A stretch of DNA of 64,000 bases, taken from positions 1 through 64,000 of the forward strand of contig JBDRRP010000011.1 of the NCBI GenBank assembly GCA_043825735.1, given 5' to 3'. The position numbers were made by a program, and so were the translations under genes. Source of the DNA: Pseudomonadota bacterium. Lineage in GTDB: Bacteria > Desulfobacterota > Desulfobacteria > Desulfobacterales > JBDRRP01. Shown here piece by piece: positions 49,000 through 57,972 of the stretch; position 1 is the stretch's first letter; the number at the start of each line of letters is the position of its first letter. The notes beneath the pieces were generated by a model that saw only the letters and a program-made list of their open reading frames with translations, was not told where the DNA came from and searched no databases.

Positions 49000-49076
49000 T
49001 TCTCTAACAATGGGTTGTCGTTGGGCGCGGTGGGCGTATCCTGGTGGAATCCTTCCGGCGCGTCGGGGCCCGATCA

Positions 49077-50153
49077 CTATTCGGCGGTCATCATCAGAAA
49101 ACTGCTCAGGCAGATGAACACCAGATTCGCCACCCATGCCGCCCCCCATGCCGGCAACATTTCGCCATATCCGAGAGACAGGCAGAAACTGTGAAATACC
49201 CAGTATAGAAACGCCACCGCCACCCCGTACACCACGCTCATGGCCATGCCCTCCCGGAGGCTTCGGCGAACCGCAATACCCACACCGGTGATACTCATGA
49301 TGATGCACACCAGGGGAAAGGCCAGCTTGTTCATCCAGTCGACCCGATAGGCCGTGGCTTCATAGCCCTCCGACTGAATTTTTCGGATATAACTGCCTAA
49401 CTCGACAATGCCCATTTCTTCAGACTTTTTTGCCACCCGATACAAATCGTCGGGGACGATCCCCAAGTCCACCGAACGGGCCGCTTCAAAATCGACCGTG
49501 GGCAGTCCTCTGCCGGATGGGAAGCGCTGCGCCATCACGGTTTCAAGCAGCCACATGCCGCCGTCAAAAGTCCCCTTTTCAGCATCGAGCCTGCCTTTGA
49601 AGCCAAACCGGTCGTCAAAATAATTGACCGTCACCCCGTATATCGTCTGGTCGGCGGGGTGGTAGTAGCGGATATGGATGATGGTGCCATCGCCCCGGAT
49701 CCAGATGTTTTTTTCCCGTGAACTGACCGCCGAGGATTTGCGCACTTCCTGATTCCAGATGTGGTTGGCGTGGCCGATGGTCAGGGGCACGGCAAATTCC
49801 GCCATGGCAAAAAGAATCCCGCTGAATACGACGCCCAATGCCGCCACGGGAACCATCAGGCGGTAGACGCTCACGCCGCTGCTTTTGAGCGCTATGATCT
49901 CGTTTTGCCGGTTCATAATCCCAACGGTGATCAGAACGGCCAGCAGTTGGGCCACCGGCAGCACTTGCACCACTACGAAAGGAATCTCATACATCAGGAA
50001 CTGGATGAGGCGGGAAATGGGCAGGGCGGCCTCCATGAAATTATCCACCTTCTCCAGAAAGTCGATGGCCAGATAGAGGCCGATCACCATGCCCAGGACC
50101 AGGCAGAAGGTCTTTAGAATCTCTCGGATGATATAGCGATTGATCGTCTTCAC
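49077..50153 (-). CDS. lptG: LPS export ABC transporter permease LptG
   Basis: INRYI, NEIIALKSSGVS and SLGYGEMLP...AAW.AN. It follows lptF. Confidence 0.88.
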   Translation of the reverse strand: MKTINRYIIREILKTFCLVLGMVIGLYLAIDFLEKVDNFMEAALPISRLIQFLMYEIPFVVVQVLPVAQLLAVLITVGIMNRQNEIIALKSSGVSVYRLMVPVAALGVVFSGILFAMAEFAVPLTIGHANHIWNQEVRKSSAVSSREKNIWIRGDGTIIHIRYYHPADQTIYGVTVNYFDDRFGFKGRLDAEKGTFDGGMWLLETVMAQRFPSGRGLPTVDFEAARSVDLGIVPDDLYRVAKKSEEMGIVELGSYIRKIQSEGYEATAYRVDWMNKLAFPLVCIIMSITGVGIAVRRSLREGMAMSVVYGVAVAFLYWVFHSFCLSLGYGEMLPAWGAAWVANLVFICLSSFLMMTAE

Positions 50154-50220
50154 GGTATCCCAGCACCGGTTGCATCGACCGGTCGAGCATCCCAACGTCC
50201 TGGTGCGCCACCGGCGGTCA

Positions 50221-51408
50221 TCACTGCGGATCGCCGCCGCCAAAGCGTCGGCGCAAAGCGCGCACCCAATAAACGAGGCGATCCACGCCCATGGAACGTT
50301 CCCTGGCGGTAAGCACGAGCAGGAAAACCCCGATGCCCCCCATCAGCACGTTGGGCACCCACATTCCGATCCCCGGCGGGTAGGCACCGTTCTCACCGAA
50401 GACCCATCCGATAGAAAGCAGGATGTAGTAGCAAAGAAAGAAGAAAAGTCCAAGGCCGACACCGAATGAGCGCTTGGCCAGGCGGGACTGGATACCGAGG
50501 GGAACGGCCAGCACACCCAGGGCGACACACGAAAAGGGCAGTGAAAACTTCTTGTGCAGTTCCATGAGCGCCATGTAGTATCGATTGTCTTGCCGGGAGA
50601 CGGTCCGAATGCGCTCTTGCAGTTCTGCGACGGTCATTTCCTCTTCGTCTTTTTCACCTGTCACGGCGCCCGCCATGATCTGCCCTAAATTGAGCCGGAC
50701 GTCGTAATTGTCGAAATGAATCGTATTGACCGAGCGATTCGAAAGGTCCACTTGATTGATGGTCCCGTTTTGGAGTTGAAGGTGAAAAATGGCCTGCCCC
50801 GGTTCCGGCTGGATCAACCGGCCGAGCGCCGCCACCACCGTGCTCGTCACGCGCGCGTCCCGATGATCTTCGATAAACACGTCATGAAGGGTTCGCGTCC
50901 GGGTATCGATGCGGTTCACGTAAAGCATGACACCGGTGAACGCATCGCTGAAGGTGCGTTCCTTGAGCCCCACCTCCGAATGCGTGGTGGCCACCGTATA
51001 GAGCAGATCTCGAATGGCGAGGCGCCCTTTGGGCAGTCCTACGATGGCGACCAGCGCCGTCATTGCGGCTCCCACCAGGGCAAACACAAGGACCGGAGGC
51101 AGCAGTTTGTAAACGCTGACGCCGCCGGCCTTGAGCGCAGTGATTTCATTGTCACCGGAAAGCCGCAAAAACGTCAGCAAAACAGCCATCATCACTGCCA
51201 TGGGAATGACAAACTGAAGAAAAAACGGCATGGTGAACAAAAACAGCCGCGCGATGTCCCAGAGGCTCACATGATAGTTGACCACCATATCGGTAATCTC
51301 TAGAATGCGCGTCATGAGAAAGACAAACACCAGCACTCCGCCGCTGACGATAAAGGGCGGAAAAAATCCGCCGAAGATATAGCGGTGGATAATGGACGGA
51401 GCGGACAT
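50221..51408 (-). CDS. lptF: LPS export ABC transporter permease LptF
   Basis: RLSGDNEITALKAGGVS, ELHKKFSLP and MWVPN. Confidence 0.88.
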   Translation of the reverse strand: MSAPSIIHRYIFGGFFPPFIVSGGVLVFVFLMTRILEITDMVVNYHVSLWDIARLFLFTMPFFLQFVIPMAVMMAVLLTFLRLSGDNEITALKAGGVSVYKLLPPVLVFALVGAAMTALVAIVGLPKGRLAIRDLLYTVATTHSEVGLKERTFSDAFTGVMLYVNRIDTRTRTLHDVFIEDHRDARVTSTVVAALGRLIQPEPGQAIFHLQLQNGTINQVDLSNRSVNTIHFDNYDVRLNLGQIMAGAVTGEKDEEEMTVAELQERIRTVSRQDNRYYMALMELHKKFSLPFSCVALGVLAVPLGIQSRLAKRSFGVGLGLFFFLCYYILLSIGWVFGENGAYPPGIGMWVPNVLMGGIGVFLLVLTARERSMGVDRLVYWVRALRRRFGGGDPQ

Positions 51409-51631
51409 GGCGTTTTAACCCATCTCTGGTAGCCCTGGCGGCAGGATTCCGCCAGATTGTGAAATCGGCTCATCCTATTGACCTTTAGGGGTGAAGTCAA
51501 CTAAACAGCCGATGGCTGCGGCTGTGGCAACCGGCCGCCGGCAGGCTGCGGTGATCGATGCCCCGAGGTCAGCCTTGCTACCCCGCACCACATTTCCCAG
51601 GGCCGCTGCGCGATGGGCAAAGGAGCGCGAG

Positions 51632-53197
51632 ATGAAGACGATTGAGGAAGACCAGCGGCTGCTGGTGTTTGCGTGGGCGTGGGTGGCCCTGTTCACAGGG
51701 ATACGCTTTGTTTACGCCGGCACGTTCAACCTGGTGCCCGATGAGACCAACTACTGGCAGTGGAGCCGCTACCTGGACCTGGGCTACCACGACCAGGCCC
51801 CCATGATCGGCTGGCTGATCCGCATCGGCACCCTGATGCTGGGACACACCGAGCAGGCGGTGCGCCTGCCGTCCATCATCGCGCTGGCCGTAACCTCGAT
51901 CTACCTCGTGAAAATGGCCGGCCACTGGTTCGGCAACCGGGCGGCGCTGAATGTCGCGCTCATGAGCCAGGGCATCTTTGCGTTCAACATCGGCGGCATA
52001 CTGGCCACCGCCGACGGTCTACAAGCGGCCTGCTGGGCCGCGGCCTGCTACCACGTGGGCCGGGGATACGAAGACGGCACCTGGGGCCAGTGGCTGCTCG
52101 GCGGAATGTGGTTCGGACTGGGAATGCTCTCGAAATACTCCATGGCGCTGTTTCTCCCCTTTGCTTTCTTCTACGGCCTCACCAGCGCCGTCCACCGCCG
52201 GCGCCTGGCGGGCATCCGGCCCTATGCGGGGGTGGCGCTGGGGCTCGTCATGTTCACGCCGGTCATTGCGTGGAACGCCCGTCACAACTGGAATTCCATG
52301 CGCCATGTGGCCTACATCGGCGGCGCCAGCAATGAAATGCTCATCCACTGGAATTTCTTCGGTGATTTTATCGCCGCGCAGGCGGCGCTGCTGACGCCGC
52401 TGGCGTTTATCCTGGTGCTCATGGCCTGGTGGCAGGCGATCCGCCATTCCCGCTCCGGCGGCGCCTGGACCGACAGCTACCTGCTGTGGGTGTCGCTGCC
52501 CGTCGTGGCCGGCTTTGCTCTGCTAAGCCTGCACACGCGGGTTTACGGCAACTGGCCCATGGCCGGTTTTGTTCCGGCCTCGGTGCTGGTGGCGGCGCAC
52601 TTCGGCCCCGGCGCCCGCCGATGGGCCGGCAGGGGCTGGCGCGCAGTGTGGCGGTGGGCACTGGGCACCGCCTACGCCATGACGCTGATCGTCTTTGTCC
52701 AGGTGCTCTGGCCCGTACTGCCGGTCCCCATGGACCTGGATCGCACCAGTCAGGAAGTGTCCGGCTGGCGGGAGTTGGGACAAAAAACCGGAGCAGTGGT
52801 GGCGGACATGCCCGATCCCGGCCGCACCTTCATATTCGGCACCCAGTACCAGATGGCCAGCGAACTGGCCTTTTACATGCCGGGTCAGCCCCGGACCCTG
52901 TCCATCAACCGGTGGCACCGCCCCAACGTCTATGACTACTGGTGGAAAGATGCCGACCGTCTCGGCTGGGATGCCGTGGGTGTCACCGATGCCCCCTACA
53001 GCCACACCGAACACCTGCAGGAAGTCTTCGAACGGGTGGACCCGCCCATCGCCCTTCACATCTACCGCCCCGCCGTATTCGGCAGGATCGGCCCCGATGA
53101 TACGCCGGCCAGGTCCTTTTATATCTATCGGGCCTATGGATTTAAGGGGGGGCTGCGGTGGATTCCGCCGGCGGGGGATATCCGGGCGGGAAACTAG
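51632..53197 (+). CDS. ArnT/PMT-like GT-C glycosyltransferase
   Basis: PDETNYWQWS..LD.GY.DQAPM and LSKY in a multi-TM protein. AAGGAG RBS. Confidence 0.88.
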   Translation: MKTIEEDQRLLVFAWAWVALFTGIRFVYAGTFNLVPDETNYWQWSRYLDLGYHDQAPMIGWLIRIGTLMLGHTEQAVRLPSIIALAVTSIYLVKMAGHWFGNRAALNVALMSQGIFAFNIGGILATADGLQAACWAAACYHVGRGYEDGTWGQWLLGGMWFGLGMLSKYSMALFLPFAFFYGLTSAVHRRRLAGIRPYAGVALGLVMFTPVIAWNARHNWNSMRHVAYIGGASNEMLIHWNFFGDFIAAQAALLTPLAFILVLMAWWQAIRHSRSGGAWTDSYLLWVSLPVVAGFALLSLHTRVYGNWPMAGFVPASVLVAAHFGPGARRWAGRGWRAVWRWALGTAYAMTLIVFVQVLWPVLPVPMDLDRTSQEVSGWRELGQKTGAVVADMPDPGRTFIFGTQYQMASELAFYMPGQPRTLSINRWHRPNVYDYWWKDADRLGWDAVGVTDAPYSHTEHLQEVFERVDPPIALHIYRPAVFGRIGPDDTPARSFYIYRAYGFKGGLRWIPPAGDIRAGN

Positions 53198-53208
53198 ATA
53201 AAATTTAT

Positions 53209-53484
53209 GGGTCTTCTCCCATTTGGTTGAAGAGAAGGGTCCGAGGGTTCAAGGGGCCAAGGGTTCAAGTGACGTCATTGGGCGTTATTCAGTGCTCTTG
53301 CGGCTGGTAGCCGATCCCAGCAGGATGTTAGCGGTGAGGTTAAAACGCGCGCTCAAGGCAGTTGGCCCGAAGTCTTACGATTCGCAGACGTATTTAGCTG
53401 TTTTCTTTTTTGTTTTTCACTCGGCCCCTCGAACCCTTGGCCCCTTGAACCCTATCCATCGACCAGCTCTTTGGGAGATGACCC
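53209..53484. mobile_element. MITE-like element with 8-bp-period inverted arrays
   Basis: TIR GGGTCTTCTCCCA / TGGGAGATGACCC (12/13 match). Arrays of four GGG(T/G)(T/C)C(A/G)A units plus GTGA lie at 53237-53272 and, inverted, at 53417-53452. Confidence 0.75.
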
Positions 53485-53488
53485 GAAT

Positions 53489-54211
53489 CTATTTCCCCCG
53501 TCGGTGAAGCCGCCGGATCCGGAACAGTTCCTGGAAAATGAAAAGCGACTTGCCGATGCTGTCGTATTGGATCCGGGAGTCCTCCATGTGGGTCCAGTCC
53601 ACGGGAAACTCCCCCACCCGGTAGCCTTCCCGGGATGCGAGCCACAGGATCTCCGGGTCAAAGATCACGCTGCTCAGCTTTTGCTGACTAAAAAGACGCC
53701 CGGCAGCCTGCCGGCGGAAGAGTTTGAACCCGCACTGGGTATCGCGGTAGCTAAACCCGAGATAGGTGTTCTGGATGAGGGTGTAGAGTTTCGCCGACAG
53801 CTCTCGCCACGCATTCTGGTGATGAACCACCCGGCTGCCGGACATGGTGCGGGAGGCGATGGCGACATCGCAGCCGTCATCCAGCAGGGCCAGTCCGCGT
53901 TCCACGGCCGCCATGGGCACCGAATAGTCGGCATCCATGAACATGATGACGTCCCCGCCGCCGCGCAGCATCCCATACTTCACCGCAAAGCCTTTTCCCC
54001 GGTTGGGAAAGTATTCCAGAAAGACAACCGTTACATTCTCCGGCGTCTGGAATCCCTTGACCACATCGCCGGTGGCATCGGTACTGCCGTCGCTCACGAC
54101 CAGTATTTCTGCAGAATAGGGCCGGTCCTTCAAGAACGCCAGCGTCTGGGTCAGGGTGTGAACAATCCGGTCATGCTCGTTGTAGGCGGGTATGATGATG
54201 CTCAGTTTCAT
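53489..54211 (-). CDS. Polyprenol-phosphate glycosyltransferase (GT2, Alg5/DPM-like)
   Basis: IIPAYNE, SDGSTD, NRGKGFAV, FMDAD and DTQCGFKLF. Confidence 0.9.
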   Translation of the reverse strand: MKLSIIIPAYNEHDRIVHTLTQTLAFLKDRPYSAEILVVSDGSTDATGDVVKGFQTPENVTVVFLEYFPNRGKGFAVKYGMLRGGGDVIMFMDADYSVPMAAVERGLALLDDGCDVAIASRTMSGSRVVHHQNAWRELSAKLYTLIQNTYLGFSYRDTQCGFKLFRRQAAGRLFSQQKLSSVIFDPEILWLASREGYRVGEFPVDWTHMEDSRIQYDSIGKSLFIFQELFRIRRLHRRGK

Positions 54212-54261
54212 GGTAGCGCTCTCTATTGATCCCGGGTGTTACAGTATTTGTCAGGCTAACG

Positions 54262-54373
54262 CTCCGTTTCATCCCAGGACCCTCTCGGGGTCGGGATCGA
54301 AATCGGGATCGGTATCGTTTGATTCTACGGCTGATACCGATCGCGATACCGATAGCGATTTCGATAGTCACCA
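54262..54373. repeat. 6-bp-period inverted-array element, copy 2
   Basis: TCCGTTTCAT..CCCTCTCGGGGTCGGGATCGAAATCGGGATCGGTATCG...GATACCGATCGCGATACCGATAGCGATTTCGATAGTCACC. Confidence 0.75.
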
Positions 54374-54377
54374 GGAG

Positions 54378-54510
54378 TGATGAATCCGTAAAAAAGCATT
54401 TTTCTCGCAAAGACGCCAAGTGCGCCAAGAAAAACAGTTTTAATATCAATCTGTTAACTTTGCGATCTCTGCGGCTTTGCGAGAGATTCGGACTTTTTAC
54501 GGGACCATCA
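54378..54510. mobile_element. MITE-like element of the TGATG..CGTAAAAA family
   Basis: TIRs TGATGAATCCGTAAAAA / TTTTTACGGGACCATCA, with GGAG duplicated at 54374-54377 and 54511-54514. Internal CGC(A/C)AAG / CTTTGCG arrays. Confidence 0.8.
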
Positions 54511-54590
54511 GGAGTAGTTGTACAAACGGAACGACTTTATGACAATGGCTATAAATGTCGATGGCTTCGTAGAAACTATGAAATCACTAT

Positions 54591-56156
54591 TCATTGCTGT
54601 TTAAACGATAGAATTTTTGTCATCACGATCCCGTTCTTTTCGTAGATCACCTCGTGACGGCTGACGGTATCGAGTTTGGTCCGTTTGGTGATGACGATCT
54701 CTCCGGCTGCCGGCTGCCGGTTGGGCACCGCGCGCCCCCGGTAGAAACTGAAAGAGGGATAGGTCATCTGCCACATGACGACATCCAGGTTTTGGCGACG
54801 GGCCAGTTGGGCCGCCTCCTTGATGGGCACCTGCATGACATCGCCCACCACGGGGACCACCCACCCGTTGACCAGTACGACGAACACGACGGCGTTGAGC
54901 ATGACATGGCCACGCCGGGAGACCCGCCCCCACCGGGGCACCCCCACGAGCAGCACCAGCGCCACGACGGCCGCCCATCCGTGACGCCATCCGATGTCCC
55001 GGGCCACGCCGGCCACGACATACCGGGCAAAATCGTCGGAAATAAATCGCGGGGCAACGGACACCACCATCGGAATGAACACCAGAATGAGTGCAAAGGC
55101 CGCCGGCCATGCGGTAATGGTCCACCGTCGACGGACGCCGTCAACCACCTGCGCCATCATGAGCAGCACGGGCGGATAGCCGTATACGATGTAATGGTGC
55201 AGCTTGGTGCCGGCCAGGGAGAAGAAGACCAGAACGAAGGCAAACCAGATCAGGCCGAACCGGTTGACGGGGATTTTCCAGAACGCGCGCAGCGAGGCCG
55301 CCCCCTTCAGCAGGAACGCCGTATGGGGCATGACACCGATGATGAGCACCGGCAGGTAATAGAGCACCGAACCGGAGTGCCCTTCGAAGGCCACCCGAAA
55401 TCGATCCACGTTTTGCGTGAAAAAAAATTCATCGATGAAGGCGCGTCCGTGAATGCGATAGAGCATCAGATACCACGGGGCGGCGATAAGCAGAAACACG
55501 AGCCATCCCCCCGGGTAAAAAATCGCGCGCAGCCAGTCTCGAAACCGTTTCTGAACAGTAAAGAAAACGCCGCTGGCCACCAGCGGAATGGCGATGGCAA
55601 TGGGCCCCTTGGCCATTACCCCAAGCGCCATGAACCCGAAAGCGGCGATAATGTGACGACGGCGACCACCGGTGGTGTAATCGAATATCTGAAAGCAGGT
55701 CAGGGTAATGAAAAGATTGAGCAGCGCATCGGCAATGGCCGCCTTGGCGATGATGCCTGTCTGCAGGCCCGATATCAGGAAAATGGCCGCATACCAGGCG
55801 GCCGAAGGCCCTATGGTACGACGGGCGAAGGCGAAAACCGCCAGCACCCAGAGCGTGGCGGCCAGTGCCGAGGGCAGGCGCAGCGCGAATTCGTTTTCGC
55901 CGAACACCGCAACACCCGCCGCCTGGACCCAGTAGATCATGGGTGGCTTGTGAAAAAACGGCATCCCGTTGAGCCTCGGCGTGATGAAGTCGCCGGAGGC
56001 GATCATCTCCCGGGTCACTTCGGCATAGGCGCCTTCGTCTTCATCAAAGAGAGGAACTCCCCCCAGATTGACGAAAAAACTGAGCAGCAGAAAACCGACC
56101 AGGGCCATCACCCACCGGCGGGAAAGGCAGTCGTCTGAAGATGTCCCGGCTGTCAT
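54591..56156 (-). CDS. ArnT family glycosyltransferase
   Basis: LFDEDEGAYAE..REM, P.LNG..F.HKPPM.YW, AKGP and TKL.HYI. Confidence 0.9.
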   Translation of the reverse strand: MTAGTSSDDCLSRRWVMALVGFLLLSFFVNLGGVPLFDEDEGAYAEVTREMIASGDFITPRLNGMPFFHKPPMIYWVQAAGVAVFGENEFALRLPSALAATLWVLAVFAFARRTIGPSAAWYAAIFLISGLQTGIIAKAAIADALLNLFITLTCFQIFDYTTGGRRRHIIAAFGFMALGVMAKGPIAIAIPLVASGVFFTVQKRFRDWLRAIFYPGGWLVFLLIAAPWYLMLYRIHGRAFIDEFFFTQNVDRFRVAFEGHSGSVLYYLPVLIIGVMPHTAFLLKGAASLRAFWKIPVNRFGLIWFAFVLVFFSLAGTKLHHYIVYGYPPVLLMMAQVVDGVRRRWTITAWPAAFALILVFIPMVVSVAPRFISDDFARYVVAGVARDIGWRHGWAAVVALVLLVGVPRWGRVSRRGHVMLNAVVFVVLVNGWVVPVVGDVMQVPIKEAAQLARRQNLDVVMWQMTYPSFSFYRGRAVPNRQPAAGEIVITKRTKLDTVSRHEVIYEKNGIVMTKILSFKQQ

Positions 56157-57940
56157 GACGATGGCTCCCCGGCTGGGCCCGGCTGGGCCGGCACCCCATT
56201 GCCGAACTGCATATGATAGAGTTTGCAGTACTCGCCGCTGCAGGCCATGAGCTCATCATGCCGGCCTTCCTCGACGACCCTGCCGCCCACCACGACAATG
56301 ATGCGGTCGGCCTTGGCGACGGTGGACAGCCGGTGAGCGATGACGAAGGTGGTGCGACCGGCCATCAGGTTGTCCATCGCCTTCTGGACGATGGCTTCGG
56401 CCTCGGTATCCAGCGAGGAGGTCGCTTCATCCAGGATCAGAATGGGGGCGTCCTTGAGCAGCGCCCGGGCAATGCACAGCCGCTGTTTCTCTCCGCCCGA
56501 CAGTCGGCCTCCCAACTCGCCGATCACCGTGTCGAACCCCTTTGGAAATCCGGTGATATAGTCATAGGCATAGGCCGCCTTGGCGGCTGCGATGATGTCG
56601 TCTTCAGAAGCCTCGGGATTGCCGTAGGCGATGTTACTGCGCACGGTATCGTTAAACAGTATGGGCTCCTGGGTCACGATAGCGATCTCGCCCCTGAGCT
56701 CCGCCACCCGCAGATCCCGGATATCCACCCCGTCGATGCGGATGGCCCCCCCGGTGACGTCATAAAACCGGGGGATGAGGTTCACCAGCGACGTCTTGCC
56801 GCCGCCGCTCATGCCCACCAGGGCGATCACCTCACCCTGTACCGCTTCCAGCCGGATGTCCTGAAGCACCAGGTCCTCAGAGTAGCCAAAGGAGACGTTG
56901 TCGAAGGAAATGCGGTGGGGCCCCCGCGTCAGGGGAACAGGCACGGCAGGATCGCTGATCTCCGAGACCTTTTCCATGACGTCAAAAATTCGGTCGGCGG
57001 CCGCCATGCCTTGCTGGACGGCGTTGTTGAGGTGGCTGAGTTTTTTGACCGGATCGTAGAGCATGAGCACCGCCGCCGTGAAGCTGAAAAAAGTGCCCGC
57101 CGTTGATGCCCCGCTGAGCACTTTGAATCCGCCGTACCAGATGACAAAAGCGATGCCCACCCCCCCCAGAAACTCCATGATGGGCGAGGAAAGTGATCGG
57201 GCCACGACAGCCTTCATTTCCAGGAAGAAAAGACCGCGGGTTTTGTCATGAAACCGCTTTTTCTCGTAGCCTTCCATGCCGAAGGCTTTGACGATCTTGG
57301 CCCCGGCAAACGTTTCGTGGAGATAACTCGACAAATCCCCCATGGCTTCCTGATAACCGGTGCTGACGCGCCGGACGCGCCGCCCGAACTCGATCACCGG
57401 GTAGAAGGCCACCGGCAGCACGATAAACGCAAAGGCCGCCATCTTCCAGTCCCGGTAAAATATCACCGCCGTGAGGCCCACGATGCTGAAGGCGTCCTTG
57501 AGGGTGCTGGTGACAGCGGTGGAGACCATGGTTTTGACGATGTTGACGTCATAGGTGATACGAGACATCAGCCCGCCGGTCTTCTCCTTGTGGTAAAATG
57601 CCAGGGGCAGATCCTGAATCGCATCGAAGAGCTGGTTGCGAAGCCGGCGAATGATCCCCTCCCCCACATAGTTCATGAGGTATTCCTGACCGTACATACT
57701 GAGGCCGCGGAGCAAAAAGACCACCACCACGGCAAAGGGCAACAGCCGCAGCATGGTGGCGTCTTTCTTGATGAAAATGTCATCGAGCACCGGTTTGACC
57801 AGAAACGCCGTGGCCGAGGTGGCGCCGGCGATCACCAGCATGCAGAGCATGGCCAGAAAGAGGCGTCCTTTGTGTTCAAATATCAGGGCCCACAACCGGC
57901 GGTGCCGGTCGCGGGTTCGGTTCTGCAGCAGTGTGCGCAT
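56153..57940 (-). CDS. msbA: Lipid A flippase ABC transporter
   Basis: TMD plus NBD (GMSGGGKTS, LSGGEKQR, ILDEATSSLD, IAHRLST), next to lpxB. Confidence 0.9.
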   Translation of the reverse strand: MRTLLQNRTRDRHRRLWALIFEHKGRLFLAMLCMLVIAGATSATAFLVKPVLDDIFIKKDATMLRLLPFAVVVVFLLRGLSMYGQEYLMNYVGEGIIRRLRNQLFDAIQDLPLAFYHKEKTGGLMSRITYDVNIVKTMVSTAVTSTLKDAFSIVGLTAVIFYRDWKMAAFAFIVLPVAFYPVIEFGRRVRRVSTGYQEAMGDLSSYLHETFAGAKIVKAFGMEGYEKKRFHDKTRGLFFLEMKAVVARSLSSPIMEFLGGVGIAFVIWYGGFKVLSGASTAGTFFSFTAAVLMLYDPVKKLSHLNNAVQQGMAAADRIFDVMEKVSEISDPAVPVPLTRGPHRISFDNVSFGYSEDLVLQDIRLEAVQGEVIALVGMSGGGKTSLVNLIPRFYDVTGGAIRIDGVDIRDLRVAELRGEIAIVTQEPILFNDTVRSNIAYGNPEASEDDIIAAAKAAYAYDYITGFPKGFDTVIGELGGRLSGGEKQRLCIARALLKDAPILILDEATSSLDTEAEAIVQKAMDNLMAGRTTFVIAHRLSTVAKADRIIVVVGGRVVEEGRHDELMACSGEYCKLYHMQFGNGVPAQPGPAGEPSS

Positions 57941-57972
57941 CGTGAGGCGTCCTTTTATCCTTCCCGGCGGCG

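Noticed and set aside
48874..49308. 145-aa N-terminal extension of waaA
   Set aside because: It overlaps lptG and intergenic DNA; WaaA-like sequence begins near 48873.
53223..54645. ORFs 53223-53507, 54171-54449 and 54226-54645
   Set aside because: Their low-complexity peptides (IAIPIAIS, DTDRDTD, VQGAKGS) are translations of the periodic repeats.
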